The position numbers and the translations under genes are program-made. From the sequence record NC_048047.1: a DNA stretch of 64,000 nucleotides; one strand, given 5' to 3'. The notes beneath the pieces were generated by a model that was not told where the DNA came from, did not search any database, and worked only from the letters and a program-made list of their open reading frames with translations. This document shows, one piece after another, positions 10,210 to 21,060 of the stretch; the stretch's first letter is position 1; each line of letters starts with the position of its first letter.

Positions 10210-10355
10210 TGGAAAAGCCCTACAACCTGGGCCGCTACGCCGCCCGCGATGATCGCCCCATCGACGACAACCCGTTCGATCTCTACAGTGAAGATTGGGC
10301 CGAGTGGCGCGACGGCTGGCGCGATGCAATCCGAGACAGGAAGCCGTACTCATGA
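10209..10355 (+). CDS. Rmf-like small protein (48 aa, not in ORF track)
   Basis: MEKPYNLGRYAARDDRPIDDNPFDLYSEDWAEWRDGW; G..A......NP.....W..GW pattern. Confidence 0.55.
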   Translation: MEKPYNLGRYAARDDRPIDDNPFDLYSEDWAEWRDGWRDAIRDRKPYS

Positions 10356-10675
10356 GCGACGAAGCCGAAACCAAGCGCTTTGCTGAGTACGGCTTCTATG
10401 ACGCTCTCCGCTACAAGGCGCCGTCCATGGACCATCCGGCTTACCGCGCCGAGTACGAGCGCATGGCCGAGCAAAAGATCGACAACCTCGATCCCTGCAA
10501 GTTTTGCGGCGCGAAGATGGCAATCCACGAGCCCAATGGCGCGACCTGGACAGGCATCATGTGCGAGAACCCGCGCTGCGATGGCGATGTGAAGATGGGG
10601 TTCACAGACCCCGACAAGCACAGGCGCTGGGTGATCCTAGCGGGCGCCTGGAACAATCGGGACATGATCGGATAG
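10352..10675 (+). CDS. Lar-like (restriction alleviation) zinc-binding protein
   Basis: LDPCKFCG...CENPRC...AGAWNNR pattern. Confidence 0.5.
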   Translation: MSDEAETKRFAEYGFYDALRYKAPSMDHPAYRAEYERMAEQKIDNLDPCKFCGAKMAIHEPNGATWTGIMCENPRCDGDVKMGFTDPDKHRRWVILAGAWNNRDMIG

Positions 10676-10868
10676 GGAGACACGTCGTGAGCACTGAAGA
10701 CCTGGGCCGGCCGCTCTATGAACGTGAGATGCGCAAGGCGGCCGGCGAGCGGAGCGAGAAGGACCGGCGCGGCGTTTCCCTGCCCGAAGCCTTGGTCTAT
10801 GCCCTGGCGGTCGCAGCCATGCTGATCCTGGCCTGGATCGCCTGGGGACCCCGCGCGTAAGAACCCGG

Positions 10869-10897
10869 TTGACAGGCCGCGTCACGAGGCCTATCAC
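10869..10897 (+). promoter_or_regulatory. sigma70-type promoter
   Basis: TTGACA(10869-10874)-17 nt-TATCAC(10892-10897). Confidence 0.7.
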
Positions 10898-10910
10898 GGT
10901 GTCAACTGCA

Positions 10911-11210
10911 ATGGCACGGAGACCTCTCGTGAAGATGGTCATCAAGAAAGAGACCGGCATCCACTTCCACTGGTTCGCCGTGTTGGTGATCGCCGCGCTT
11001 CTCTGCGGCGCCGGCTATGTCATCGGCGTGCAGGTCACGCCCCAGCAAGTCACTCGTCCCGTTCTTCCGCCGGCCCAGCCGCTGAAGATCACGGTGCTGA
11101 AGGACGGCACCCTGATCGAGGACCCTCGCACCGGTTGCGCCTGGATCGAACGCGGCTGGATGGGCACCTCCACCCTGCGCGGCGCTGACTGCGAAAAGGT
11201 GGTCCGTTGA
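10911..11210 (+). CDS. single-pass membrane protein with DPxxGCAW motif
   Basis: TM helix followed by LIEDPRTGCAWIE; exact start uncertain. Confidence 0.65.
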   Translation: MARRPLVKMVIKKETGIHFHWFAVLVIAALLCGAGYVIGVQVTPQQVTRPVLPPAQPLKITVLKDGTLIEDPRTGCAWIERGWMGTSTLRGADCEKVVR

Positions 11211-11301
11211 GCCCCCTCGATCTCCTCGTCCTGATCGTCTTTGGTATTTTTTGCGTCTGGATGGAAATCCCCGACGACGCTGAGACCGAGAAGGAAGTCC
11301 G

Positions 11302-11960
11302 TTGAACATCATCGGCTACATCGTCCTCGCCGTGGCTATCGCCAGCGTGATCATCTGGTGGGTGAAGACCACCAGCGACTACGAGGCCAAGTTCAAGATC
11401 GCCGTCGACGCCAAGGGCGTGCCGGAAGTCTACTCGCTGGCGTTCTTCATCAAGAACATGCGCCAGGAGTTCGTCACCGATCTGACGAATCCCGAGGAAA
11501 GCCGGATCAGCAACCCGACCGCCTATCAGGCGCGCCTGGGCCAAGCCGCCTCGGCCCTCACTCTGTCGGCCGGCGCCGTCGATCGCGCCATCCGCGCTGA
11601 CAACGGCGAGGTCCTGGCCGCTGCCCTGCTGCTGGCCGAAAGCCTCAAGGCCGTCGCCGAGGTCAAGAAGCACACCAATCCGTGACAAGCTGCGCCTGCT
11701 CCGAGAAGAAGCGACCGCTGCCGACGGCACTGCCGGAGGGCTCAAACGAGCGCCCCCGGCAATGGTTCGTCCTGCGGCGCAACGAGAGCGCCAGCGCCTT
11801 CAACGGCTACCGCCGGCAGTGGTCGGACAAGTCCTATGTGCAGTGTCGCGTCTGTGGCCGCGCCTGGGACACCAAGGCTGCCTACGTGGCCGACCTGCCC
11901 AACTGCGAATACTTCCCCGAGCGGGTCGCTCCCGCTGTCGAACCCTGGACCGACCAATGA
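11302..11960 (+). CDS. membrane-anchored protein (11302-11685) and zinc-finger protein (11682-11960)
   Basis: N-terminal TM; CRVCGRAW motif; overlapping stop and start. Confidence 0.65.
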
Positions 11961-12364
11961 TCACGCTGCCCGAGCCCCTCAAGCCCTGTCCGTTCTGCGG
12001 CGGTCCCTTCGCGATCAGCCAGGAACCTCACGACAATCATCCAATTGCGGGGATGTACTACATCTACCATACCGAGCGCACGACGCCGCAGCGGCAGCAC
12101 TGCCGGATCACCGTCGACAACCACTTCCACTCGGTCGAGGAGGCTGTGACGTTCTGGAACGGCCGCCACGTCTCGGCCGAGCAGATCATCCTGCCCAAGA
12201 TCAAGGTCGCCGAGCTTTGCTACAGCATGGGCTGGACCGCCGGCTATGGGCAGGCCCTGGTCGAGAAGGGCCTGTGCTTGTCCGACGCCTGGGACCTTGA
12301 CAAGCCCGAAGCCATCGCTCGCCTCCAGGCCGGAGGCGAAGACCCTGGAGAGGAGACGCCATGA
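11957..12364 (+). CDS. Lar-like (restriction alleviation) protein
   Basis: LKPCPFCGG...EEAVTFWNGR, characteristic Lar family pattern. Confidence 0.6.
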   Translation: MITLPEPLKPCPFCGGPFAISQEPHDNHPIAGMYYIYHTERTTPQRQHCRITVDNHFHSVEEAVTFWNGRHVSAEQIILPKIKVAELCYSMGWTAGYGQALVEKGLCLSDAWDLDKPEAIARLQAGGEDPGEETP

Positions 12365-13620
12365 CCGCTGCTGAACAGATCGCCGAAGCCGGCAAGCGCT
12401 ACCTCTACTTCAAGAACTGGCGCACCAAGGAAGTCGCGGACAATCCGATCGACGTCACCAACCGCTCCGATCGCGAGATCGAGAAGATCAAGGCCGGCAT
12501 GGCCATCAACATCGGCGGTGACTGGTATATCGGCGACACGCTGTATGACCGCGAGGACGTGGCGTGAAGAAGCCGACCAAGGCTCAACTACGTATCTTTT
12601 CGCGCGCCTATCAGCACCCGCTGAAGCTCGCTGAACCGCATTGGTCCTGGCAGGGCCTCAAGCGCGCCAACTGGCACGCCACCATGAGCCGACTGGTCGC
12701 CCAGGGCTGGTTCAGAACCTATCCTCACGGAGGCGGCTACGAACTCACCGAACTGGGCATTGAGGTGTCGGGCGTAGGCCAGCCGGCGTTCCTGATCGTC
12801 AAAGGCCAGGAGGCGGATATCGAGCATATGCACCGGTCGCTCCAGGAACACATGAAAGACACCTACATCATCCCGCGAGACGAGGAGGACACCGATGGAA
12901 CTGCATGAACTGCGCGAAGAGGTCGAGAGTGGCCGGCGCATGCTTTCGAGCGAAGCAGTCGACCACCTGCGTGAGATCGGCGAGCCCTATGTCAAGCTCC
13001 AGAAGGAACTGGCCCAGGTCGGCGGCCCCTATCTGTCGACCGGCTACGAGTTCCCCATGGACGTTCAAGGCTACGAAGAGTCGCACCACAAGGGTGAGGC
13101 GACGGTCTATGTCTGGGGGTCCTGGACGCGGCGCGGCTGCACCGACAAGGAGTCGTGCCATCTGCCCTCGGCCTACGTCTACGGCACGCTGTCGGAGCAA
13201 GCCAACATCCTGTCGGGCATCCGTCAGCAGATCGCCAACCTCCAGGGCGCCAAGGCCGCTGCCGCCGAGAAGGCCCAGCATGCCGAGTACCTGCGCCTGA
13301 AGCAAATCTACGAGCCCGGTAACGGTTGAGGCAGGAGCATGATTGAGACCAGACGCCAGAAGGCCATCGCCGAGCGCGAGGAGGCCGTCGCCCTCCTGAC
13401 GGTGCTGAAGGAGGCCTGCGAGGACTCCACCATCAGTCTCTCTTCGCTGCGCGCCGAGATCAGCGCCATCACCCATCGGGCGACCAAGGCCCTGATGGAG
13501 GCGCCGCTGCCGCCCTACGACATGTACGACATGGGCGACATCTGGCGGATCGTCAACAAGGTCGCCGACGAAGGCCCGCGCCTTGCGGCCTTCGAAATCG
13601 TCAAGCGGATGCGCCGCTGA
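12361..13620 (+). CDS. coupled hypothetical genes (12361-12567, 12564-12908, 12895-13329, 13339-13620)
   Basis: overlapping starts and stops, SD sequences. Confidence 0.7.
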
Positions 13621-13910
13621 TGAACATCTACAAGGAAAACCGCAGCATGGGCACGCTCGAACGGATCAGCCTCTACGTCGCCATGCCCTTGGCGATCTTC
13701 GCCCTGGTCATCAGCATCGTGGCCATCAACAGCAAGGCAGAGCCGGTCGATCGACCGTCGTTGACGCCCAAGCTGCGGGTCGAGCGCTTGGACGGTGACG
13801 GCCGTAAGCAACTGATCCAAGACCCGCAGTCGGGCTGCGCCTGGGTCTCGTCGGTCGAGAACGTCTACAAGCTGCGTGGCGGCCCGGAGTGCGAGGTCAA
13901 GCGCCTCTAG
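13620..13910 (+). CDS. single-pass membrane protein with DPxxGCAW motif
   Basis: TM helix followed by LIQDPQSGCAWVS; paralogue of 10911-11210. Confidence 0.65.
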   Translation: MNIYKENRSMGTLERISLYVAMPLAIFALVISIVAINSKAEPVDRPSLTPKLRVERLDGDGRKQLIQDPQSGCAWVSSVENVYKLRGGPECEVKRL

Positions 13911-13917
13911 CCACTCC

Positions 13918-13959
13918 ACAAGAAAGCGGTTGACAATCTGATCCAAGCCTCGCTAGATG
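13918..13959 (+). promoter_or_regulatory. sigma70-type promoter with AAGAAA upstream element
   Basis: ACAAGAAAGCGG-TTGACA(13930-13935)-18 nt-TAGATG; SD AAGGAGG downstream. Confidence 0.7.
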
Positions 13960-13984
13960 GGGCCTCGAACCAAGGAGGTCCCTG

Positions 13985-16159
13985 TTGTCCGACCAAAAAC
14001 TCCTGAGCCTGCTCAACGAGCTAGAGTGCCTGGAGACCCCGTCGACCGCGCTCGATCTGGAGCTTTGGGGCCTGCTGTGCGCCAAGCCTGAGTCGCCCGA
14101 TCCCCGTAAGGTTGGCGTCAAGCCGCCGGCCTTCACGGGCAAGTTCGAGGACGCCTGCTGGCTGGCCTGCTACCTGATCAAGCCCAAGGACGCCAGCCTC
14201 CGTGAGGCGGTGATCGAAGAGGCTGTCAGAAGCGCTACCCATCGGCTGGCCGAGGACGACTCAAAGTGTCAGGGCAAGTTCTTCCTGGAGCGTGCCGCCG
14301 TCCATGTCTGCGAGAACACCATCAAGGCGGTCCTCGACCCGGACGCCTTCCGCGCCTTCGCCTATCGCCGCAACCGCGATCGCGCACACGCTGAACTGAT
14401 GGTCGACTGATGAAGCGACCCACCACCTACACCAGCAGCGCCTCCACCAAGGAGGACCTGCGCCTGGAGAGCGTCGATCTCGTCGAGCAGGTCCTGAACA
14501 ACCTCCAGGAACACCGCGCCTCCGAGGTTCGCACCAAGAACCGCAAGGGCCGGCTGCGTGAGATCGATTACGCAACCACCATCATCGAAGGCCAAATCCT
14601 GAAGGTCTTCCAGAACCTTGGCTTCGAGGACAGCAAATGAGCGACTCCGCCATCGTCGAGATCGACGCGCTTCTCGACGCCCTCAATCATCCGATCCCCC
14701 TGGGCGACCGTCTGCTCTACAACGCCCGCATCGCCATAGCCATCGCACCGCACCGGCAGTGGACCTCGGGCGTCGTCGAGCAGAAGATCGCCAGGACCAA
14801 TCCACGCAAGATCGTCACGACCTATCGCCAGACCGACGGTTCGCTGAGCTACGGCACCGCCTGGGCGCCGGAATGGATCGAGGACGGCGACAAGGCCTTG
14901 GCCTTCATCCGCCAGTCGTTCCCGCATGCGCGCCTGACGATCCACACGCCCTGCGACCTGGACGAGCCGGTCGTCACCGCCGAGGCCGATATCGGCCACG
15001 CGCGCATGTCGACCTTCGGTCCCACCCTGGCCCAGGCCGTGACCGGCGCGGCGCTGATGCTCATCCGCAATCGCTTGACGGATCGCACATGACCCCAACA
15101 GAACAGGTGCTCAAGAACGCCCGCCACATCTTCCAGGCCGAGCGGCACGTCTATGCGGTCGGCGATGAGTGCTGGCGCGCGGATCACGACCGCATCGAGC
15201 GCGGTGAGGTCGTGCGCCTCCTGCCCTGCGACTACGACAGCCAGGGCAACATCATTCGCCGGGGCGTGGAAGGCGGCCCCTACACCCTGACGATCGCCAA
15301 GTTCCCTTCGGGGCATCAGGAGCAGACCTACGGGTGGAAGTTCTTTCCGACCAAGGAACTGGCGGTCTACGAACTCCAGCAGGTCATCGAGCGGCGGATC
15401 AACGACACTAAGCGCGATCTCCAGAAGCTGGAGGACCTGCGAGCCGCCGTCCTGGCCCACGACGTGAAGGTTCGCGAATGACGTGTGAGCATCATCAAGG
15501 CCCTTGGAAGTGCTTCCACTGCGGCTATGTCGCCGAAACCATCCGTGATGGCCTGGACCATTTCGGCTACGACGAGACCGAGGCGCCGGCGTGCCTCCAG
15601 GTCCTGACCGAGACCGAGAAGGCCATCGTCGAGGACCGGCGTTTCTGGCGCCACCGCGCGCTTACCGCCGAAGATCAACTGGAGCAGGCCGAGCATCAAT
15701 TGCACATGGCCCGCTACGACATCCACCACCACTTCCGGGTTCATACCCTGGCCGAGGCCGGCAGCGCCTTCGACAGCCTTCAGGGCGAGGTCCTGGCACT
15801 GAAAGAGCGCGTCAAGTGGGTGCCAGCCTGGATCAGGCGCATCTTCCTGCCCAAGGGGCATTACGATGTGTAGCCGGGGCTATGTGTTCCAGCCGGCGAT
15901 CTGGGAACGGGTGACCAACACCCGATGGGTGGGCCGCGCCGACGAGCATTACCGGCACATCCCGCTAGCCCGCTGCTTTGGCGGCTACATGCCGGGGCAT
16001 GTCGAAGCCAAGGACATGTCGACCTCGATCGGTAACCGCTACCGCATCATGGATCGGCGTACAGGGGAACTCAGTCCCAATCGCCTGCCGCTCCATCGCG
16101 TCTTTGGCGGCTATGCACCGGCCGTGGTTCGCAGCGGCCCCAAGCCCTGGGAAAAGTGA
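13985..16159 (+). CDS. coupled hypothetical genes (13985-14410, 14410-14640, 14637-15092, 15089-15481, 15478-15873, 15866-16159)
   Basis: stop-start overlaps; 15478 has WKCFHCG...HFG...PAC zinc motif. Confidence 0.7.
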
Positions 16160-16171
16160 TCCATGACGCGG

Positions 16172-16200
16172 TTGACGGCGCCGTGTCATCCTGAGATGAT
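16172..16200 (+). promoter_or_regulatory. sigma70-type promoter upstream of NadE-like gene
   Basis: TTGACG(16172-16177)-17 nt-GATGAT. Confidence 0.55.
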
Positions 16201-16219
16201 CCAAGCCTAGCCATAACGA

Positions 16220-16990
16220 GTGACCATGACCGACTTCGACGCCGCTGAGGCCAAGTTCAATAAGCTGATCAAGCGCCTCGCCATCAAGATCGGCCAGTCC
16301 CAGACGCCCGTGCCCGGCTTTGCCGTTGGGCTGTCGGGAACCGACTCGGCCCTGGCCTTCCTGGCGATCAACGCCGCCATCAAAATCGCCTGGGCCGACT
16401 ATGGCCTCAAGCCGCGTCTGATGGGCATCCACTACGTCACCCAGAACCGGCTCCGTCAGGGCACCTTCGAGAAGGTCGCCATCCCGTGGCTGCGTCGCGA
16501 GGTTCCTGAGGCGATCATCCAGGTGATCTCCCCTCCAGGCGGCAATCATGACCAATACCGCTGGGCGGACCTGCATGTGCGCGCCCTGAAGGCGATCGAC
16601 CCGGCGAGCGGCGACCTCACGGCGCTGCCCGTCGAGGAGAGCTTCTGGGTCGCCGGCACGATCAACGCCACAGAGCATGCCCTGGGCAAGTACAGCGTCT
16701 TCGCCAACGCCGTCTCGATCCAGCCGATCCGCTCGATGTGGAAGTCGGAGATCATGGCCCTGGCCAAGCAATGGATGCCCGAGGAGATCGTCGAAGCCGC
16801 GCGCATCCCTGACTGTCTCTGCGGGCGGGACGAGGCGGCGGCCGAGAACATCGAACTGCTCGATGCGGTCCTGCGCAACGACTATGATCCCTCGAAGGTC
16901 GACCGCAAGCTGCTCAAGACCATCATCGACTACATCCGCGTGACCAAGGCCGAGCACGGCTTTCGCGCGCGCATCCCCTACGTGGTCTGA
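16220..16990 (+). CDS. NH3-dependent NAD+ synthetase-like PP-loop ATP pyrophosphatase
   Basis: FAVGLSGTDSALA PP-loop; VAGTINATEHALGKY and IQPIRSMWKSEIMALAK...PEEIV match NadE segments. Confidence 0.7.
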   Translation: MTMTDFDAAEAKFNKLIKRLAIKIGQSQTPVPGFAVGLSGTDSALAFLAINAAIKIAWADYGLKPRLMGIHYVTQNRLRQGTFEKVAIPWLRREVPEAIIQVISPPGGNHDQYRWADLHVRALKAIDPASGDLTALPVEESFWVAGTINATEHALGKYSVFANAVSIQPIRSMWKSEIMALAKQWMPEEIVEAARIPDCLCGRDEAAAENIELLDAVLRNDYDPSKVDRKLLKTIIDYIRVTKAEHGFRARIPYVV

Positions 16991-16992
16991 CC

Positions 16993-17608
16993 ATGCAAGA
17001 CATCTTGGACATTGAGACCTCGGGCCTGGACTGGCCGATGACGCCGCGCAAGACGCTGACCATGAACGTGATCGGCGCCGACAAGACCATTCGCACCCTG
17101 CAACTGGCCGGCAAGCGGCTGGAAGGCCTCCAGTCCTTCGTGCGGTCGGTCAAGGCCGAGCAGGAGCGCTCGCGCAAGCAGTTCGCCGCCCGTCGGCGAC
17201 GCTACATCGAGACCGTCGGACACCGCGATCGCGGCGCGGGCGGACCGCTGCGCAAGGTCGCGCGCCTGACGCGGGAGGCCCACAAGCTGCGTCGCCAGTT
17301 CCGGGGCGCCCATGGCTGATCATCGCTTCAACGTCCTGACGCCCATCGTCCAGAAGGTTCGCGAGAAGACCGACCTCAAGCCGGTGCGCAAGGAGCCGTG
17401 GTTCAAGCACGTCGAGCGCCTGGAGGCGTGGACGCGAGAGGAGACGCCATATGGTCCAGCCAGCGATCCGATGAAACGCGGCTACTTCTCTGGCGACATT
17501 GATATCGCCGCCTATCTGGTTCGCCACTCGGATGTTGGTGGCAAACAACTTCGGGCTGACACATGGCGTCGGCTCCAATATCTGAGGAGCTATTTCCAGT
17601 GCAACTGA
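16993..17608 (+). CDS. two hypothetical proteins (16993-17319, 17312-17608)
   Basis: coupled ORFs. Confidence 0.65.
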
Positions 17609-18036
17609 CCGTCACCACCGTCGAAAGCGTCGAGGCCTGGGGCGACACGCTGTCCCTTGTCAAGGTCAAGGGCATCGACAAGACCGTCGTCGCCAACCGC
17701 AAGGAAGACGGCTCGTTCCGCTGGACCGTCGGTGAGCCCGTGGTCTACGTGCCCGAAAACGCCGTCCTGCCCGAAGACGTCCTCAAGGCCCGAGGCTACT
17801 GGGACGAGAGCAAGAACAAGGGCCTGCTGGGCGCCTCCAAGGGTAACCGGGTCAAGAACCGTGTCTTCGGCCGCACCGAGGACAACCCCGGCGTGGAGTC
17901 CAGCGGCCTGCTGTTCAAGATCGTCGTCGAGCAGGGCTATGAGTGGTTCGTGATCGGTGGCGCGCTGGGCAACAAGCGCGTCTTCGAGGGCGACGACGTC
18001 GCCGACTTCCTGGGCGTCACGGAGTATGTGGCATGA
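17599..18036 (+). CDS. stand-alone N-terminal domain of DRB0094-family RNA ligase
   Basis: GTG start with SD GAGGAG; VGEPVVYVPENAVLP, SSGLLF and GDDVADFLGVTEY patterns; no KxDG ligase motif. Confidence 0.55.
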   Translation: MQLTVTTVESVEAWGDTLSLVKVKGIDKTVVANRKEDGSFRWTVGEPVVYVPENAVLPEDVLKARGYWDESKNKGLLGASKGNRVKNRVFGRTEDNPGVESSGLLFKIVVEQGYEWFVIGGALGNKRVFEGDDVADFLGVTEYVA

Positions 18037-20435
18037 CCGAAGCTGCCGAACACGCCTTCCTTCACGCCAAGATCAAGCACGCCATCCTCGACATCGATAT
18101 CGTCGGCGGGCGTGTCGTGGGCCTAGACCCGATCGTCGACAACGTCATCAAGATCATGGAGGAAGAGGTCCTGATCAGCAACGACGCGCGACGCTACGAC
18201 CTGCCGCCGACGATCATCCGGGCGCTGTCCAAGTGCGGCTTCGTGATCCTGGGCGTCTGCAAGGGCGAGCACCCTTCCATTTACCGCATCGACTGCACGG
18301 GCCAGAAGACGGTGTCCCTGGTGTGGACCCGCTATCCGCAAGAGTCGTGGGCGGTTCTGGGCGCCAGCTTCCAGGTTGAGGAGGACGTGCTGTCCACCCT
18401 GGCCACCACGATCGCCAAGGACTGGGCCGACCACATGGCCCGCGTCAAGCTCGCCAACGACAAGGCCGCCGCATGAGCCTCCTCGATCTCATCAGCCACA
18501 AGGACATCGAAAACGCCATCGTGGCCGCCCAGGGTTCCAGACAGCCCGTCCAGGCCGGCGCCAGGGCGATCGCGGACCTGATCCTCAAGGCCGAGAGCCG
18601 GCTGGATTTGGCCGAGCAATACGACATCCCCGTGGCCGTCCTAGACGCCTTCGCCAAGGCCGATCTGCCGATCACCGAGATTGCGAGGGGCACGTCCTAT
18701 AGGTTCATCTGGGAGATCAACGTCCGCGTGGTCTTCGGCGATGACTTCCGCGAGAGCGAGCCCTTGGTCTATCTGGTCCAGGGCGCGCATGGCGGCTGGC
18801 TCCTGGCCAATGACCGGTATGACGTCCCCAACGACAAGCTTGAAGCGCTGTCCCAGGCGCTCGGAAAGATCAAGGACCATGGCTAAGAAGTTCGATCCGA
18901 CCCTAAAGGCCGTCCTGATCGGCGCGGCGATAGCCGTGGCGCCGTTCTTGGGGATGGCCTACTACGCCGGCGCGCAGGCTGCGGCCTTCACCCCCAGGAC
19001 CGAGCCGGGCGGCTTTCGCTGGCGCGGCCTGACCGGGGCGGTCAAGCTGACCAAGGTCGCCGAACTGCCCAACAACACCTGCACGATCTACCGGGTCGAC
19101 ACCGAAGGTCAACGCCTCTACGTCACCTCCAGCGGCGCCTATTCGTCGTGCTCGCTGACCAACGTGTCCTCGGACCAGGAGTAGCCATGCACGCCAAGAT
19201 CACCGCCTATAAGGGCCTGCTCGTCATCGAGATGACGACCCTGGAATCGATCCAAGGCGAGGTCACCTGCTCGCTGGACACGCCCGGCACCTTCGGCCAA
19301 GTCATCAACGACACCGCCAAGCACCTGGGCATCTCCGTAGAGGGCGTGGCCCTCATGAAGGCCTTCAAGACCAACGGCAGCAGCCTGGGCGACATCGACT
19401 GGTTCGCCACCGGCGAGGGCAAGCACGCCTTCGGCTGGATCGGCGGGCCGTTCGCCCTCAAGGACCCGGCGACCGACTCGGGCTCTCGCGACTATCGCGT
19501 GTTCGACGGCGCCTATGTCTCGATCCCCAACGATGTGCCCGAAGGCGCCCGCGAAGCCATCGACGCCCAGGCGGGTCAAGCCTGATGGATCGCAAAGACC
19601 TCGACGCCATCCTGCATCTGGCCGGCATCAAGCCGCTGGGTGTGTGGGAGACCGTCAACGGCTACTCCAAGACCCGCGAGGACCCTTGGTACCTCGTCCA
19701 CACTGACTTCGGCATGATCCACATCGGCTGGCGCAAGCGCGTGATCAGCATCGACTGGGAGCAGACCAAGGTCCGCACGATCGTCACCGAGGACGACGTG
19801 ACCAAGGACGAGACCCAGGTCCATGCCTACAGCATGGCGAACGCCGCCGTCTACCTGCGCACGTGGCGCATGTTTGCTGAACACACTACCGCCGTGGCGC
19901 GTCGCGATGCGATCGACGGCGCCGTGGATGCGGCTAACGAGCGCCTGGATAAGGCCGGCTTCCAGGCGGGCGGAGCCCCGGTGACCTCATGCTAGACCTC
20001 AACCTCTCCGTCAAAGACATCGTCGACATCCTCGATCGTGAACTGAGCGCGCACGACGACATCATTTATGGCGAGGACAGCGCCGCTGTACGCATCATGG
20101 ACTACGTCCAGGCCAAGGCCCTGATCGCGACGCAGCATGCCGCCTACGGCCTGCCGCTGTCGATCCTGGAGACCTTCCGCAAGCACAACCTGACCGCTGA
20201 GCATGTCAGCCGCAAGGATGAGATGCCGGACGCCATGGACGTCTATTTCGAGGGCGGCCGGGAAATCACGCTCTGTCGTATCGAGGTCCCGTTCGAGTCC
20301 TGGGTGATCGTCTCCTGGAACGGCAAGTTCAAGCGCCCCGACGTGGAGCTTCTCGCCACCGACATGGCCAAGGCCTGGGGCGCGGAACTGAAGGCCAAGG
20401 AAGCTGCCCAGCCCAAGGCCAAGAAGGTCCGCTAG
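18033..20435 (+). CDS. coupled hypothetical genes (18033-18476, 18473-18886, 18879-19184, 19187-19585, 19585-19995, 19989-20435)
   Basis: stop-start overlaps, consistent codon bias. Confidence 0.75.
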
Positions 20436-20441
20436 GCATCG

Positions 20442-20484
20442 TGCGAGAAAGTTGTTGACACAAGACTTCGGGCTGCCCTAGATG
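20442..20484 (+). promoter_or_regulatory. sigma70-type promoter with TGCGAGAAA upstream element
   Basis: TGCGAGAAAGTTG-TTGACA(20455-20460)-18 nt-TAGATG. Confidence 0.7.
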
Positions 20485-20509
20485 AGGCCATCGACAACCC
20501 GGAGGCCTG

Positions 20510-21060
20510 ATGCCCTCTCTCGCCGAAGCCACTGACCTGATGCTGCTCAAGCAGGGTCTCGCCTCCTTGGAGGTCCTGGAGCGCAGCCCGACGCTGCGTC
20601 CGTCGGCGTGCTATGTGCTTTTCATCGAGACCTTCAACCTCGGCTCCAACCATGACTGGTCCCTCCCCTTCCTGGAGAAGACCGCCTGGGGCCACCTGGA
20701 GGTCCAGACCTGCCACGCCTGCGGCGCCGTGCGTCGCCCGCGCTTTGGCCCCTACTATGGGGTGGCCTCCGCGCCGATGGCGCCTCTTCAGATCGAAGGA
20801 CGTGCTGCATGATCCCCGCCATTCGCCGGTTCTTCGGCCTCTGTGAGCACGTCTGGGAACGGATGCCCCAGACCGTTTCCAAGACTCTGGTCCCGGCCAA
20901 TCCGCGCGTCGATACCTGCCTTGGCTTCGACGTCGTGGTCGTCAAGACCTTCCACCAGCGCTGCTGCCTGCGGTGCGCCAAGGTCGAGGTCACCTGCATC
21001 GGCCATGAAACCTTCCCCCTCTCCACCTGGAAGGGCGACCGCTCGGAGCTTTCGATTTGA
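20510..21060 (+). CDS. two Cys-containing hypothetical proteins (20510-20812, 20809-21060)
   Basis: CHACG and CCLRC motifs; coupled. Confidence 0.6.
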
